Notes under the pieces: generated by a model | Told to the model about the DNA's origin: nothing | Seen by the model: only the letters and a program-made list of their open reading frames with translations | Database searches by the model: none | Source: Epiperipatus broadwayi | Taxonomy: Eukaryota > Animalia > Onychophora | Direction of reading: 5' to 3' | DNA: 64,000 nucleotides | NCBI GenBank assembly: GCA_028023455.1 | Contig: JAQFVV010000006.1 | Coordinates: 14,694,001 to 14,758,000 of the forward strand | Position numbers and translations under genes: made by a program | Part shown: piece by piece, positions 1 to 11,150 of the stretch | How positions within the stretch are numbered: the stretch's first letter is position 1 | How the letters are laid out: each line of letters starts with the position of its first letter

Positions 1-3000
1 TTTAAAAGATTAAGAAAAAACATTGCAGTCAACTGCATTTAAATTATTAAGAGCAACACTGAATGCATGAGGGTCCATTGAAATAGATATGAATGTTTGA
101 TGCTTATGTTAGGCTTGTATTGAAACGGAAACCTTCCAATCCCTTTCCGTTTCACCATCAACCTAATGACCTACTCATCTGAACTAGTTTCGAACCTATT
201 CTAAATGTCAAAATGTTATGTATAAGTCGAGCGGTGAAATTTGCTATCATGGCCGCTTGAATGGCATCATCCATTTACATACGAAAGTACGCTATAATTA
301 GACAGGTTTGATAAAATTATAGCGTAGAAATCCTCATAATTATTCATAAAATATTTTATTAATCTATAAGTCAATTCTAAATTTTATATTTGTATTATAT
401 TCATATGTGGATGGATAATTTAAACCATGAAATTATGGCATAATGATTTGTACATATAATATTTAAGATTAAATAAAAATAATGTAAAATGTTTTCTTTA
501 TAATATATTTACGGTTTTCTGATTTAATGTTTAATAGATATAACTGAAACTAAAGTATTTTTTTATAAGATCTGTCAAATTTGCTTTTTTTAAAATAAAC
601 AATATAAAGAAAATATGTTAAAAGTTATTTATATCAAGTTAAAATAAAAGTCATCGGTTTATAATTAAAAATGGGAATTTTGTGTAAACAAGAAATCAAT
701 TAGTGACCGCACCTGGGGTAAAAGTAAAATCTAGTTTACTGATTGAATTTGTTTCAACAAAAGATTTTATCATTAAATCAGAATACCGTTACTATCTGCT
801 AAGCCATAACATTTTATAACACCTAAAAAGAAATTTAATTAATGAAATCGGAATCAAAATTATATAATTTATATATTTTAATAATTTTTTTAAGTAAATT
901 AAAAATAACACCTCAGAGACTTTATCAGTAGTAGAAATTAGATTATATGATTTTGTTTAATTAAAAGTCAATTGGTCCTGAGGCAAACGAAATTCCAAAA
1001 AGGTGTTAAGGCTTGGTGGAAATATATAAATAGGCTAGATTTTAAGCGGGAAGATACTCCATCTTGCTTTTGAAGAGCTGTTACTACGAGAAGCTGAAAA
1101 TTTGTTAATTTAGCTATGGCCTGCTAGTCAGGCAAGAATTTGCTGCCTTTCCCATGATGGAACATCGGAATTTGATCCATCCAAGGCCGGAGCAACAACC
1201 AACATTGCCTTAACAAGCTTATAATAAATAGAAGATGCCATAAGCCGTTAAAAGAACTCACCTTCATTCAAATTCAACTACCCCAAGTCCAGCTATAGGA
1301 ATACCATCTTAAATCGTCTCCCAACTAAAGAGAAGATGCCATAAGCTGCCAAAGAACTCACCTTCGTTCCAGCTCGAGTATCTCCAGTCCAGCTATAGGA
1401 GAACTGTTTTAAAATTATTAAAATCGCAGAGCTCTGTGTAAAATTCAAAATAATCATTATTGCTTCAAAATCAGGTTAGCTAACTATATTGTAAACTCTT
1501 TCTAAATTGTCTTATCAATAATATTTCAATTCTATAAATGACATACTTTTGTTAATTTCCTTTATTAACTTCTTGTTTTGCTATATAACTTAATCACTGC
1601 AGTTATATTTATTTCTCTCTTGCTTATTTTAGTTATTATTAATTATGCCTATGTCTCGAAACGGCGTGCATTTAGTTACGAAATATATTCTTTTTGAAGA
1701 TATTATTTAAAATCTTCGTATTGTATTAATTATAGCGTCATTTAGCGCTCCGTTTCGAAACCCTAATTTATAAATAATGGCGACCCTTTGTGCTCGTTAT
1801 TATTTTGTCATTTAGTAAATAATTAATGTAAATATAAAATGTGGCTTATAAATCCAAACTTTCAACCTTTAATTATTATGTTACTAAAGATTAAACTAGC
1901 CTGGAGTGTAATCATGAGTATATTTTTCTTATTAAAGTATTCGTAAGTCCCTTAAATATACTTTCCCCCTTTAAAAGTTTATTAATTATAGATAACTAAG
2001 AGATTGAACGGGATAAAGTAAAGTTTGTGTATATATATATTCCCCGTCAGTAGCATATATGTATTTCTCATGCTACAGAAGAGTTGGCTCTTTTGATCAA
2101 GCTGATAAACTAGTGTTCATTTAATGTATGGTATTTAATTTATAATATACTTCGGCTTGGCGGATGTGAAATTTATCAATATTTTATCGTTGTGCTGTTT
2201 TTTTTATATATATATAAGATGGAGCCACGGTAAGTCCAGCCCATCTTCCTCTCTTATGGGTAGTGCAGTAGCTAAGACTGAGCTAAGGGCCAGATTAGTA
2301 CGTAAGTCCCCCGCCTCTTATGAACCAAATAAAGGTTCCCTTTTAGCAGCATGATGATCGGTCATTGGGTAAACCGGTGTTGGTCACGAAAACCCTAAAA
2401 TCTATTCATCCATCCACAGAGCCACTTTATTATTATATTTTACTTGTGCGTAGCGTATTAGTAAAATCTTTATAGCCAACTCTACCTCCATAATATGCAA
2501 TCTTCGGCGTTGAACCGAAGCATTCTTGAAAACCCGTTCGATCTAAAGCTATCTGTGAGGCTTTATATGCCCATATTTAATATATAAATTTATCATAATC
2601 AGATGTATTATTAAGCTTCACTCCAGACTTGGTTTGATTACATGTATAATAGCCACTCGAACTGATGATGAAAGGGCATAACTAATAAGTGGAATGTAGT
2701 GATTTATTATATAGCATAAAATTAGCGCAATTAAATAATAGCCACAAATTTATTTTGCTAAATGGCCTAGAGTAATGTTGTTTAGTAAATAAAATGCCTG
2801 CGTGCATTATCCAACGCTAAGTAATGGGTTATATCAAGTATATATGAAATTGTCAATAAATATATTTTATAATTCATCATATATCAGTTTCTGTCTCATT
2901 ATTAAATCAATCCAATTCACTAATTGACCATAGCTATTCATTAGTAAAGCCCCTATTAATTAAATATATTAGATTTTATCTTTGGAATGTCTCTAGTATT

Positions 3001-3369
3001 TAAGTTGTTTATATATATGTTTAAGTCCATGAGTCTTATTGTTTTCTCCGATTTGCTAGCGGGCCGGATTAAGAATTAATTCTCGTGTGCCATCAATGTT
3101 ATGTTGTCCATTAGGTGTTTGATCTGGGGCTTAGAGAGTGGGTTCGAATCCAGGCTGGTCCCTGACTTAAATCTCGGGCTTGACTGGGTTTGAAGTACAT
3201 TTTGTGAGTTCCAGCTCGTGTTAGATGGATAAACATGTTTTGACCGGTACAGTATACTGTTAAAATTAAAACTATTAGTCCTCATAAATAATTTGGAAGA
3301 CATTGCCTGTCCAAAAATGATGCATTAAAAAGGATTGAATATCTCAAATTTTATAAAATGATGCAGAAA

Positions 3370-4115
3370 AGAGTTGAAAATAATATAATGAAGTATAACT
3401 GTGAACTAGCAAGGAAAGCAGTAGAAGAGAATGAAAGTCTCAAGAGTGTAAAACAACATTTTGGTATTGGTAGGAAATTTATATCTGCAATAAGAAAAAA
3501 GCTGGAATTATTACTAAAAAGAGAGATGACATCATGAAATGGATAGAAGACTTTTATCAAGAATTATATAGTAATAAAGAACAAATACCTCCTATATCTA
3601 TTACATCTTCTGAATTGCCCAGAATTTTAAATGAAGAAGTGAGACATGCAATTAAATATATGAAGAAAGAAAAGACTCCAGGCAATGGTAGAATTATAAT
3701 TGATATATTAAAAGAAGCAGGTGAAAAAATAGAATTTTTTTTAGCAACGTTATATACCAAATGTCTAAATGATAAAAATGTGTCAGATGATTGGAAGAAT
3801 GCAGTATTAATATTAATATTTAAAAAAGGTGATAAAGAAGATATTAGAAATTACAGACCTATCAGCCTTTTATCAGTTACATACAAAATTTTTACCAAGA
3901 TAATTACAACTCGTCTACAGAGAACATTGGATTTCCACCAACCAAGAGAACAAGCTGGATTTAAAAGTGGTTTTAGTACAGGAGATCATATCCAGGGATT
4001 GAGAGAAGTTATAGAAAGGACAAATGAATATGAGTTGCCATTATGTTTTGGATTTGTAGATTATGAAAAGGCATTTGAATCTATAAACTTTTCTTCAGTG
4101 ATTAAAGCATTGGAT
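3370..4115 (+). mobile_element. RTE-clade (BovB-like) LINE fragment, N-terminal part of RT, truncated
   Basis: ORF 3534-4241 has FYQELY, KTPGNGRI, WKNAVLILIFKKGDKEDIRNYRPISLLS, EQAGFKSG and FVDYEKAF motifs; similarity is lost after ~4115. Upstream linker is in another frame. Confidence 0.9.
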
Positions 4116-4420
4116 TATTGTCCTATCTTCATTAATTTACATCTTGTGTTGTTTCCTTCAAAACAGAATCTTTTTGCTATATTGTCATTTCTGAGTCTGT
4201 ATAATATTAATTTTAATAAATTTATTATTTACCAAAGATAGTAAACCTTGAATGGTTTATAAATTTATTTAGATCGTATATTACAAATAATAGATGTATG
4301 TGTATACATAAATTGTACTGTAAACTTCCTTTAAATTTGAACTGAATAGATATTTTAATATATTTAAAGGAGAGTTTGATTTGCTTTTTCTCCAGTAATT
4401 TAATCTTCGAATTATTGCTT

Positions 4421-4453
4421 NNNNNNNNNNNNNNNNNNNNNNNNNNNNNNNNN
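4421..4453. other. Assembly gap (33 N)
   Basis: Run of N. Confidence 1.
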
Positions 4454-4858
4454 TTTTTAAAAGTAATTTAATCTTGAAAGTGTAAAAAAAAAGTTTTACA
4501 AACAATCATCTTTTAAAATAATACAGTTTTGAAAGAAGGGAAAAAAAATTAGCTTTTTTTTTTAAAAAAAAAAAACGATTGTCGTAAAAATTACATTTTT
4601 TTTAATTTAAAAAAAAAAAACACTTTTAGAGTAAATAATTAAAAAAAAAAAGATCGATTTTTAAAAAAAAATAATTTAAAAATACATCCATTTATAAAAC
4701 TGTGAAATAGCATGTGACACTATTAAGTTTGAAAGAATATTTAAATAGTTGTAGCTTCTTAATTAATCACACCTGTACATTATACGCCATTCATCTTTTA
4801 AGTAGTATGTACATAAACTCTATCAGTGCGTTGTTTTTCCGTGTGTAACGTGGAGAAA

Positions 4859-5171
4859 CAGCGCCACGTAGTGGGCTAGAATCTTGGTAGTTTCTGGTAG
4901 CAGACGACACATAAGCTAGATGTGTTTACGGCAATCAGCGCCACCTAGGTTCTTGGTAGTTGCTGGTAGCAGACTATGTAAGCTAAATGGGCTTATGCAT
5001 TGCGACCAGCGCTACCATGTGGGCAGCTTTGCTGCCAGCCAGCTGGTGGAATGTTCCTGTGCTTACACATTGTGAACAGCGCCACCTATTGGCTGGAATT
5101 TGCATTGCTGCATTTGGGGCCCCTACTCTAAGTATTTCTGTGGTTGACCCAGACCAGCGCCTCTGGTGGCT
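4859..5171 (+). promoter_or_regulatory. Array of five CTCF-like motifs in a degenerate ~70-78 bp tandem repeat
   Basis: CAGCGCCACGTAGTGG (4859), CAGCGCCACCTAGG (4936), CAGCGCTACCATGTGG (5007), CAGCGCCACCTATTGG (5077), CAGCGCCTCTGGTGG (5155). Resemblance to the CTCF consensus judged by eye. Confidence 0.45.
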
Positions 5172-5714
5172 ACATGGGTCAAAAATCACAAGTACCTAAT
5201 AATCTTTTCAATCCAAGTTCTTTTGGTTGTGTGGTCATGTAGATCTGAACCCAATTCAGTATATCTACATATTTAGGTGTCATTGGTTTTTTCAAAAACA
5301 ATATAGTCACTATGAATCTACAGGCAGGATATCACACGGTCATTATTTCCTATGCTTACACAAGCTGTTATAATAATAAACTCTACAAGCCTTAGTAATT
5401 AATGCATGTAAGAAGATTTGTGTGTTAAATTCCTACCTAGTGTCTACTCATTCACAATCACCAGACTAGTGTCTTGCTTGTGGCTTTCATGAGTAAGAAG
5501 TTTTGGATCTGAGAGCACAGCACTTAGATTTTAGGATACCTATTTAGCCACAAGCTAGAAATTAGTCTAGAGATATTGGATGGGTAGATATTAGATAGGG
5601 ATTTTATGCATAAGGCTTGCCCTGGATGGTACTATTGTATGGAGCATTTGCTACTGTTTTAACAGCTTGTGAAAGCATAGGAAATGGTGACTGTGTGATG
5701 GTTTATCATTAGTG

Positions 5715-6870
5715 TGTTGAAACCGCTTGAGGGCGTAATTTCTATGCAAATGCACAGAAATATGCTATTTAAGTGGCCGCGCCACTATATAACATTCTAT
5801 TCCAATGGTTAAGCATAGAAATAGTCCGTTTACTTGTCTGTGGCACCTATTTCTATGCTACAGCACAGAAATGGGAAGTTTATTTTGCCGCAGAGGATGC
5901 CGCCACTTGCGGTGAACTTTGTGTTACGCAATTTATACGAACAATCCCATTTTAAATTTAGCTACAGTATCTATTTCTATGCTACAGCACAGAAATAGAA
6001 TGTATTATTCTGCTGCAGTTTATACGAACTAATCCCATTATTAACATTTCGGATACAGGTATTTACAGCTCGGTAGTAGGATGTTTATTCTGCCGCAGTG
6101 GCCCCTGCCGCTTATGGTGAACTTTGTGTTATGCAGTTTCTATGGACAATCCCATTTTAAATTTCGCTATGGTATTTTGTGAGGGTGTCTGTAATTGAGA
6201 TTGCCAAAAGTCTTCAAATTCACATGCCCAAGTCATTATTTTCCAAATCCAATGATGTAGTATGAGGTAATAAAAATTGTGGAAACTTTGCCCCGCTTCT
6301 CTAGACAAGGGTGATACTTTAATCAATTGTCAAAGGGGAGGTATAAGCGTGATTTTTACGAAATCACGCTAAAAGTCACATTTGCATGAGATAAATTGCG
6401 AGACCTATCAAAAATAGCGGCTTTATTTTTGGCCACAATGTTGTTATGAATAAATTCTTTCTTTTTATTCTTATTAAAATTACAAATTATATTTGCGTGG
6501 CCACGATGTTGTTTTGGGGAAATTATTTCTTTTTATTCGTGTTAAAATTAACAATTTTATTTGCGTGGCCACAATGTTTTTGTTTTGGAGATATTATTTA
6601 TTTTTCTTGGTTTTAAAATTTGATTTACGTCGCCACAATATTATTTTTATTCTTGTTAAAATTACAAATTTCATTTTAGAAAAAAAAAAATAAAAAAAAA
6701 AAGGTTTATCCAATTTATTTTTTATTTATTTTAGATAAATTTCATTATTTATGATTTTATTGTAAATCAAAAAAAGCACTATAAAGTTGAAAAAAAAAAA
6801 GAACAATGGCTCCGTAACATTATAATTGTGTTTGTTTACATAGAAATTATGCCCTCAAGCGGTTTCAACA
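5715..6870. mobile_element. Non-autonomous TIR DNA element (~1.15 kb)
   Basis: TIR TGTTGAAACCGCTTGAGGGCRTAATTTCTATG at both ends; internal repeat arrays (TTTCTATGCTACAGCACAGAAA and GCGTGGCCAC units); no transposase; TSD unclear. Confidence 0.8.
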
Positions 6871-7099
6871 TGCTAAGAGAAAACAGTCCAATTGAAACAC
6901 ACTAGTTGTATATTGGCACAGATTTTTTTTTGTAATTTGTGCAGACTTTATTGAATCAATATTTGAGTAAACAAAATAAAATATATAGAATGCAAAAAAA
7001 TTCCGTTTTCTTGAATGTTTTTTTTTGGAAGTATTATAATTTCTTTCCAGTTGTTATCCTATTTTACATTGATTTATATATGTAAATAAAATACTATAT

Positions 7100-7495
7100 A
7101 CACAAAACTCTTTATACGTATTGCCACACACAGCAAGCTAGAGTAATCAATGGATGCCAGAAGGCTTGTGCATAAAATCCCATCTAGTGACTACTCATCC
7201 AATATCCCCAGACTAGTTTCTGGCTTGTGGCCTTCGTCAGTGAGGAGCCTTGGATCTGAGAGCACTGCACCTAGATTTTAGGATCTAATGCACCCCCCCC
7301 CCCAGTATCTTTTATCTCCATTTAACTACAAAACTATGAGTCTTAAACTGAAAACACCTTAATGTTTTCAATCCAAGCCCATAAGCTTATATAGTCATAT
7401 GTGTCTGAACTCAGTTCAGCACCCATACATTTTGGCTGTTTTAACAACAGCTATACACAAGCATAAGAAGTGGTGGTCATGTGATGTTAATTGGT
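7100..7495 (-). mobile_element. ~400-bp hammerhead-bearing interspersed repeat (family H1, Penelope pLTR/retrozyme-like), copy A
   Basis: High identity to copies at 31201-31546, 32386-33015 and 39072-39255. One end is an inverted copy of the family's 3' tail. Ends approximate. Confidence 0.8.
7183..7275 (-). ncRNA. Type I hammerhead ribozyme (H1 copy A)
   Basis: Minus strand TCCTCA-CTGACGA-A-GGC CACAA GCC-A-GAAA-CTAG-TC/TGGGGA; stem I extends via ATCCAA/TTGGAT. Predicted cleavage between 7211 and 7210. Confidence 0.75.
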
Positions 7496-7674
7496 TTATA
7501 CTATATGCACCTTACATAAACATGTTTCAAAGCAATTTACTATAATAGAATTTATTTCTCCTTGCTTACAGTACATGATTCATTTTTTTAATTAAAAAAT
7601 GAATTATGTATGTTTCAATATAATTATAGTATAATATAGTTTCCATGTAGTCATATATCCATAAATATTTTGTC

Positions 7675-7713
7675 TCTCTGATGAAGAACTGCTTAGTAGT
7701 CGAAAATGTAAGA
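7675..7713 (+). ncRNA. Degenerate minimal hammerhead (family H2)
   Basis: TCT-CTGATGA-A-GAACTGCTTAGTAGTC-GAAA-ATG-TA-AGA; stem III mutated relative to the GAAACTGTA copies. Confidence 0.45.
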
Positions 7714-8519
7714 AAAGAAATAAAATTATTTATAGAATTATGTTTACTTTTAAGAAAGTGTATAAGAAAGGCGTTATTAATTAATTTTTTTACATTAGTG
7801 CTACTAATATTAAAAATTGGTTTGTATAATAATAATACCTATGCCCTTTTATCACTGTTTATATATTAATATTAGATTCAGAAAAAGATAGGTTTTAATT
7901 TTTTGGGTTGTTTTCTCATCCTTGGTGTTCGCCTCAAGATGTCGCTATTTGTAGGTAAATTCCTAGAAATATACCGTTTCACCGGCCTTTACCCAACAAA
8001 AGAGGAAATTTTCTACGTTATAAACGCAGAAAAGTCCTCACGTTATGTTGGACGGAGGCGGTGTCGGCGACAGAAGTCAACACAAATGAGACTTCTTTCT
8101 ATGATAAAACACAGAAAGAGTTCCCGACGGCTGCCGGTTATGGTTTTTTTTTTTCTATGCTAAAAGCAAAGAGAAAGAAATGCCTTGATCGGCTGCCGTA
8201 GTAGTCAATTTTGTTCATCATTTTCTCATAATAGTAGAATATCTATTTTCTCTGTAGTTTTGTGTGAGAGGGTGTGTATTTGAAGCAGTCGTAGTTTTTT
8301 AAAATTTGATAAGACGTCTTTTTTTTTAATGTGTTGTAACTTACTTTACTGTTGTAAGTTTAATAATAATGTCCTGAAGATTCCATTACGAATGGGTAAC
8401 ACTCAAAAATTGCTTTTAAGGGTGCGAAACGGAAAAAAAATTAAGGATCACGCGAAAAGTACTGTTTTCGTGAGAATTCATCATGACCAGTTACTTTTGC
8501 TATACTGTATATATATATA

Positions 8520-8790
8520 CGCACAAACAAAAACAACCCAGTGTCTAATTATTAGGAATTACTTGTCCAAAAAAGAAAATTAGTCGGGTATTATTATTAT
8601 TATTATTATTATTTTTGTTACATTTATTATTTCAAAATAAGATTAGTTTTTATATCTACACACTAACAAAAACAACCCACTTTCTGATTAATTACTGTCT
8701 TAAAAAAAAAAAAAAGAAAGCAAATTCAACGGGGTTTGGTTTTTTTCAGTGGAGTATTTGAATTACGGTATTTTATATATATATTCTAAC
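8520..8790 (+). repeat. Two copies of a ~125-140 bp unit; two more copies at ~13670-13890
   Basis: ACAAAAACARCCCACTTTCTGATTAATTACTGTC...AAATTAGTCGG recurs in the same orientation at both sites. Confidence 0.75.
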
Positions 8791-10499
8791 CTTCAATCTC
8801 GTGTATCCTAACTTCCAGATAATATATGATATGAAATAAACGGGTTCTATCTCAGTTAATAATTAACAACTAAAATATTCAGCATTAAAATTAAAATATT
8901 TCACTAGCTCAAATTTAAAATACGAATAAGGTTCAGTTTATAAAAATAAATTAAATAAATATTTAATATTTTCATGAGACTTGAAGTGAAAATACAGGTG
9001 ACAAGATAGATTACATTGAGCCAATATCCCACAGGATACTACCTCAATGGCATAAGAACACTATCCCCCCTTTATTACTATTTCAAATAACAAACTCATA
9101 GTATTCTTACGACTTTAATAACTTCTACTCACTAAGATTAAACTAATAATTAAGTCTTAATCTTCTATTTGTAATAATCTAGCTCAATAAAATAATCTCA
9201 GGTTCATAAAGTTTATTCTAAGTTAATTTAAAAATACGGTAGTAAAATATGAGAAGGGATTTTATGTCATAATCTACTACACTGAAACTAATAATAATAA
9301 ATAACAGTAATAATATTCTTCATTGTTTAACTAATTCTGTATATCTTTTCTTTTTACTATAATTTTATTACCATAATAAAATAATGAAATAATATAATAT
9401 GATCTTATATCTTCATGTAATGATATAATAAATACGTGGTAGCATTTTAATAATCTGACAAACAAAATATGTGTGGCAACTGATAGCATATAATTTAATA
9501 TAATATTGTGATAACTGATTTATGACCAATAAAATAATGTAAGATTATGATTATTTAATTATAATGAATACCAATAAAATATTTAAAATTCTTAAAATAA
9601 TTCTCTATTTATCTTTTGTGCAAAATTATATATTTGTTTCAATTATTATGCATATATCGTGATTTCATGCAGCGATGTGGAGAAATAAATAACTCGGACA
9701 CAAAATTTTTGAAATAACAAAATTTAACAAAGTTTATTACTAACAACAAATAAATAAACAATTTATTTACACTATTTACAGTGGATATCCTTAACTTTTT
9801 TACTTTACAGTTTGATCTACCGGGTTATAAAAAAAATAATTTATATTTCAATTATATCTTTATTTAGATTTAGGACAAAATTTAAAAAAAATGTTACTAT
9901 TTGGTTTCTCATTATGGTTAACTTATTACAAATATATTTATCTACTTTATTAGCAACAGCATTTTATCCTTAATATTATTAAACTATCTTATTTTAAAAA
10001 ATTCATACTTAGAAAACATTCTATAGAAAACAAAATTTTATAATGAGTATGGACTTCTCAAAATATTAAAAAAAATTTCATCTTGCAAAGTCAAAGATGT
10101 TACACAAAATATTATCCAAAAATTCAGTACTAGATTTTAGTATTTATCACACAATGTTTACTAATCATAATATATTCTTCTTTAAGCCTTACTTTAGTAT
10201 GATATAAGTGTAATCATCAATATATTTCTGTTAATCAATAAACAAAAAATATACTATGCATATTGTTTACATAATTTACTTTGTACTATTGTATTTTAAA
10301 AATATGCAATACTTATTTTTCTCTTAAAAAAAATAATACTAAAGCATTTAAAATTATTATCACTTTAAAGAAAATATCTTTGTTTAGATACTTTATTTTA
10401 AAAAGTTTATATTTCATTTCCGAAATAAAATTCAAAATATATTCTATGATTCTTTTCTTTCCTTAGGATACTTTGGATCTTCAATTTTAAGTTATAACG

Positions 10500-11150
10500 T
10501 CCTATTCCTTCTAAGCAAATAAACCAATCTTATACAAAACGATAGCATAACCTAAGTTCTAAATTATTTATCATTTCTCTTAAACATATCTTACTGAACG
10601 ATGCAGTTACATGAAATAAAGATAGCGAAAACAGATGCATAGGATTAAGGAAGAAAGCTAGAGTATTACTCTTAACATATCTCAAAATCATGGCACAGTG
10701 TGAAGAGGTATGACATTTACCTGCCTAATATCCTCTAGTACAGGGACGATGTTAAAGCTATTTCTTCAGCTTTATTAGAACATCAAATATTTAAAGAAAT
10801 ATAAACACTGTCCAAATAAAATGTGTATCAGTCATAGGGCTTTGTTAACTATGCTGATATTCACATAAAGACTAAATATTATTTCCATTCCTTATAACAT
10901 CCTATTTCTTAAAACATCATCTTGGTTTCCTGTTCACTAAGTACTTCCAAGCCACTATCTCAACATTATTTCTCAAGATTTTCCACATCTTACATCGATA
11001 AATAACTATCTGCATTTACAAAACAATAAATAAAATTCATTAATAGTTAAACAATCTAGCTGTTCCACAAGAAAAGTCTGCTTACTTCATTATTCTATAT
11101 GTCTAATCATATACAATCTACTTAGACAATATTTGAATATCCAATAACAT
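10500..11150 (-). mobile_element. Heavily decayed LINE RT remnant (RTE-like)
   Basis: Minus-strand peptide ADSYL...DVENLEK...GLEVLSEQETKMMF resembles the post-ADD region; many stops. Confidence 0.35.

Noticed and set aside
170-215. GAAACTAGT hammerhead-like remnant on the minus strand
   Set aside because: The CUGANGA core is too degraded to call.
960-1790. Possible solo LTR followed by TGGCGACC (1778), a PBS-like word
   Set aside because: Only 8 nt of PBS match, with no second LTR, TSD or gag; boundaries undefined.
6875-7010. Possible further decayed STK36 exon (ENSPIETH*LY…LLNQYL)
   Set aside because: Similarity is too weak to separate from chance.
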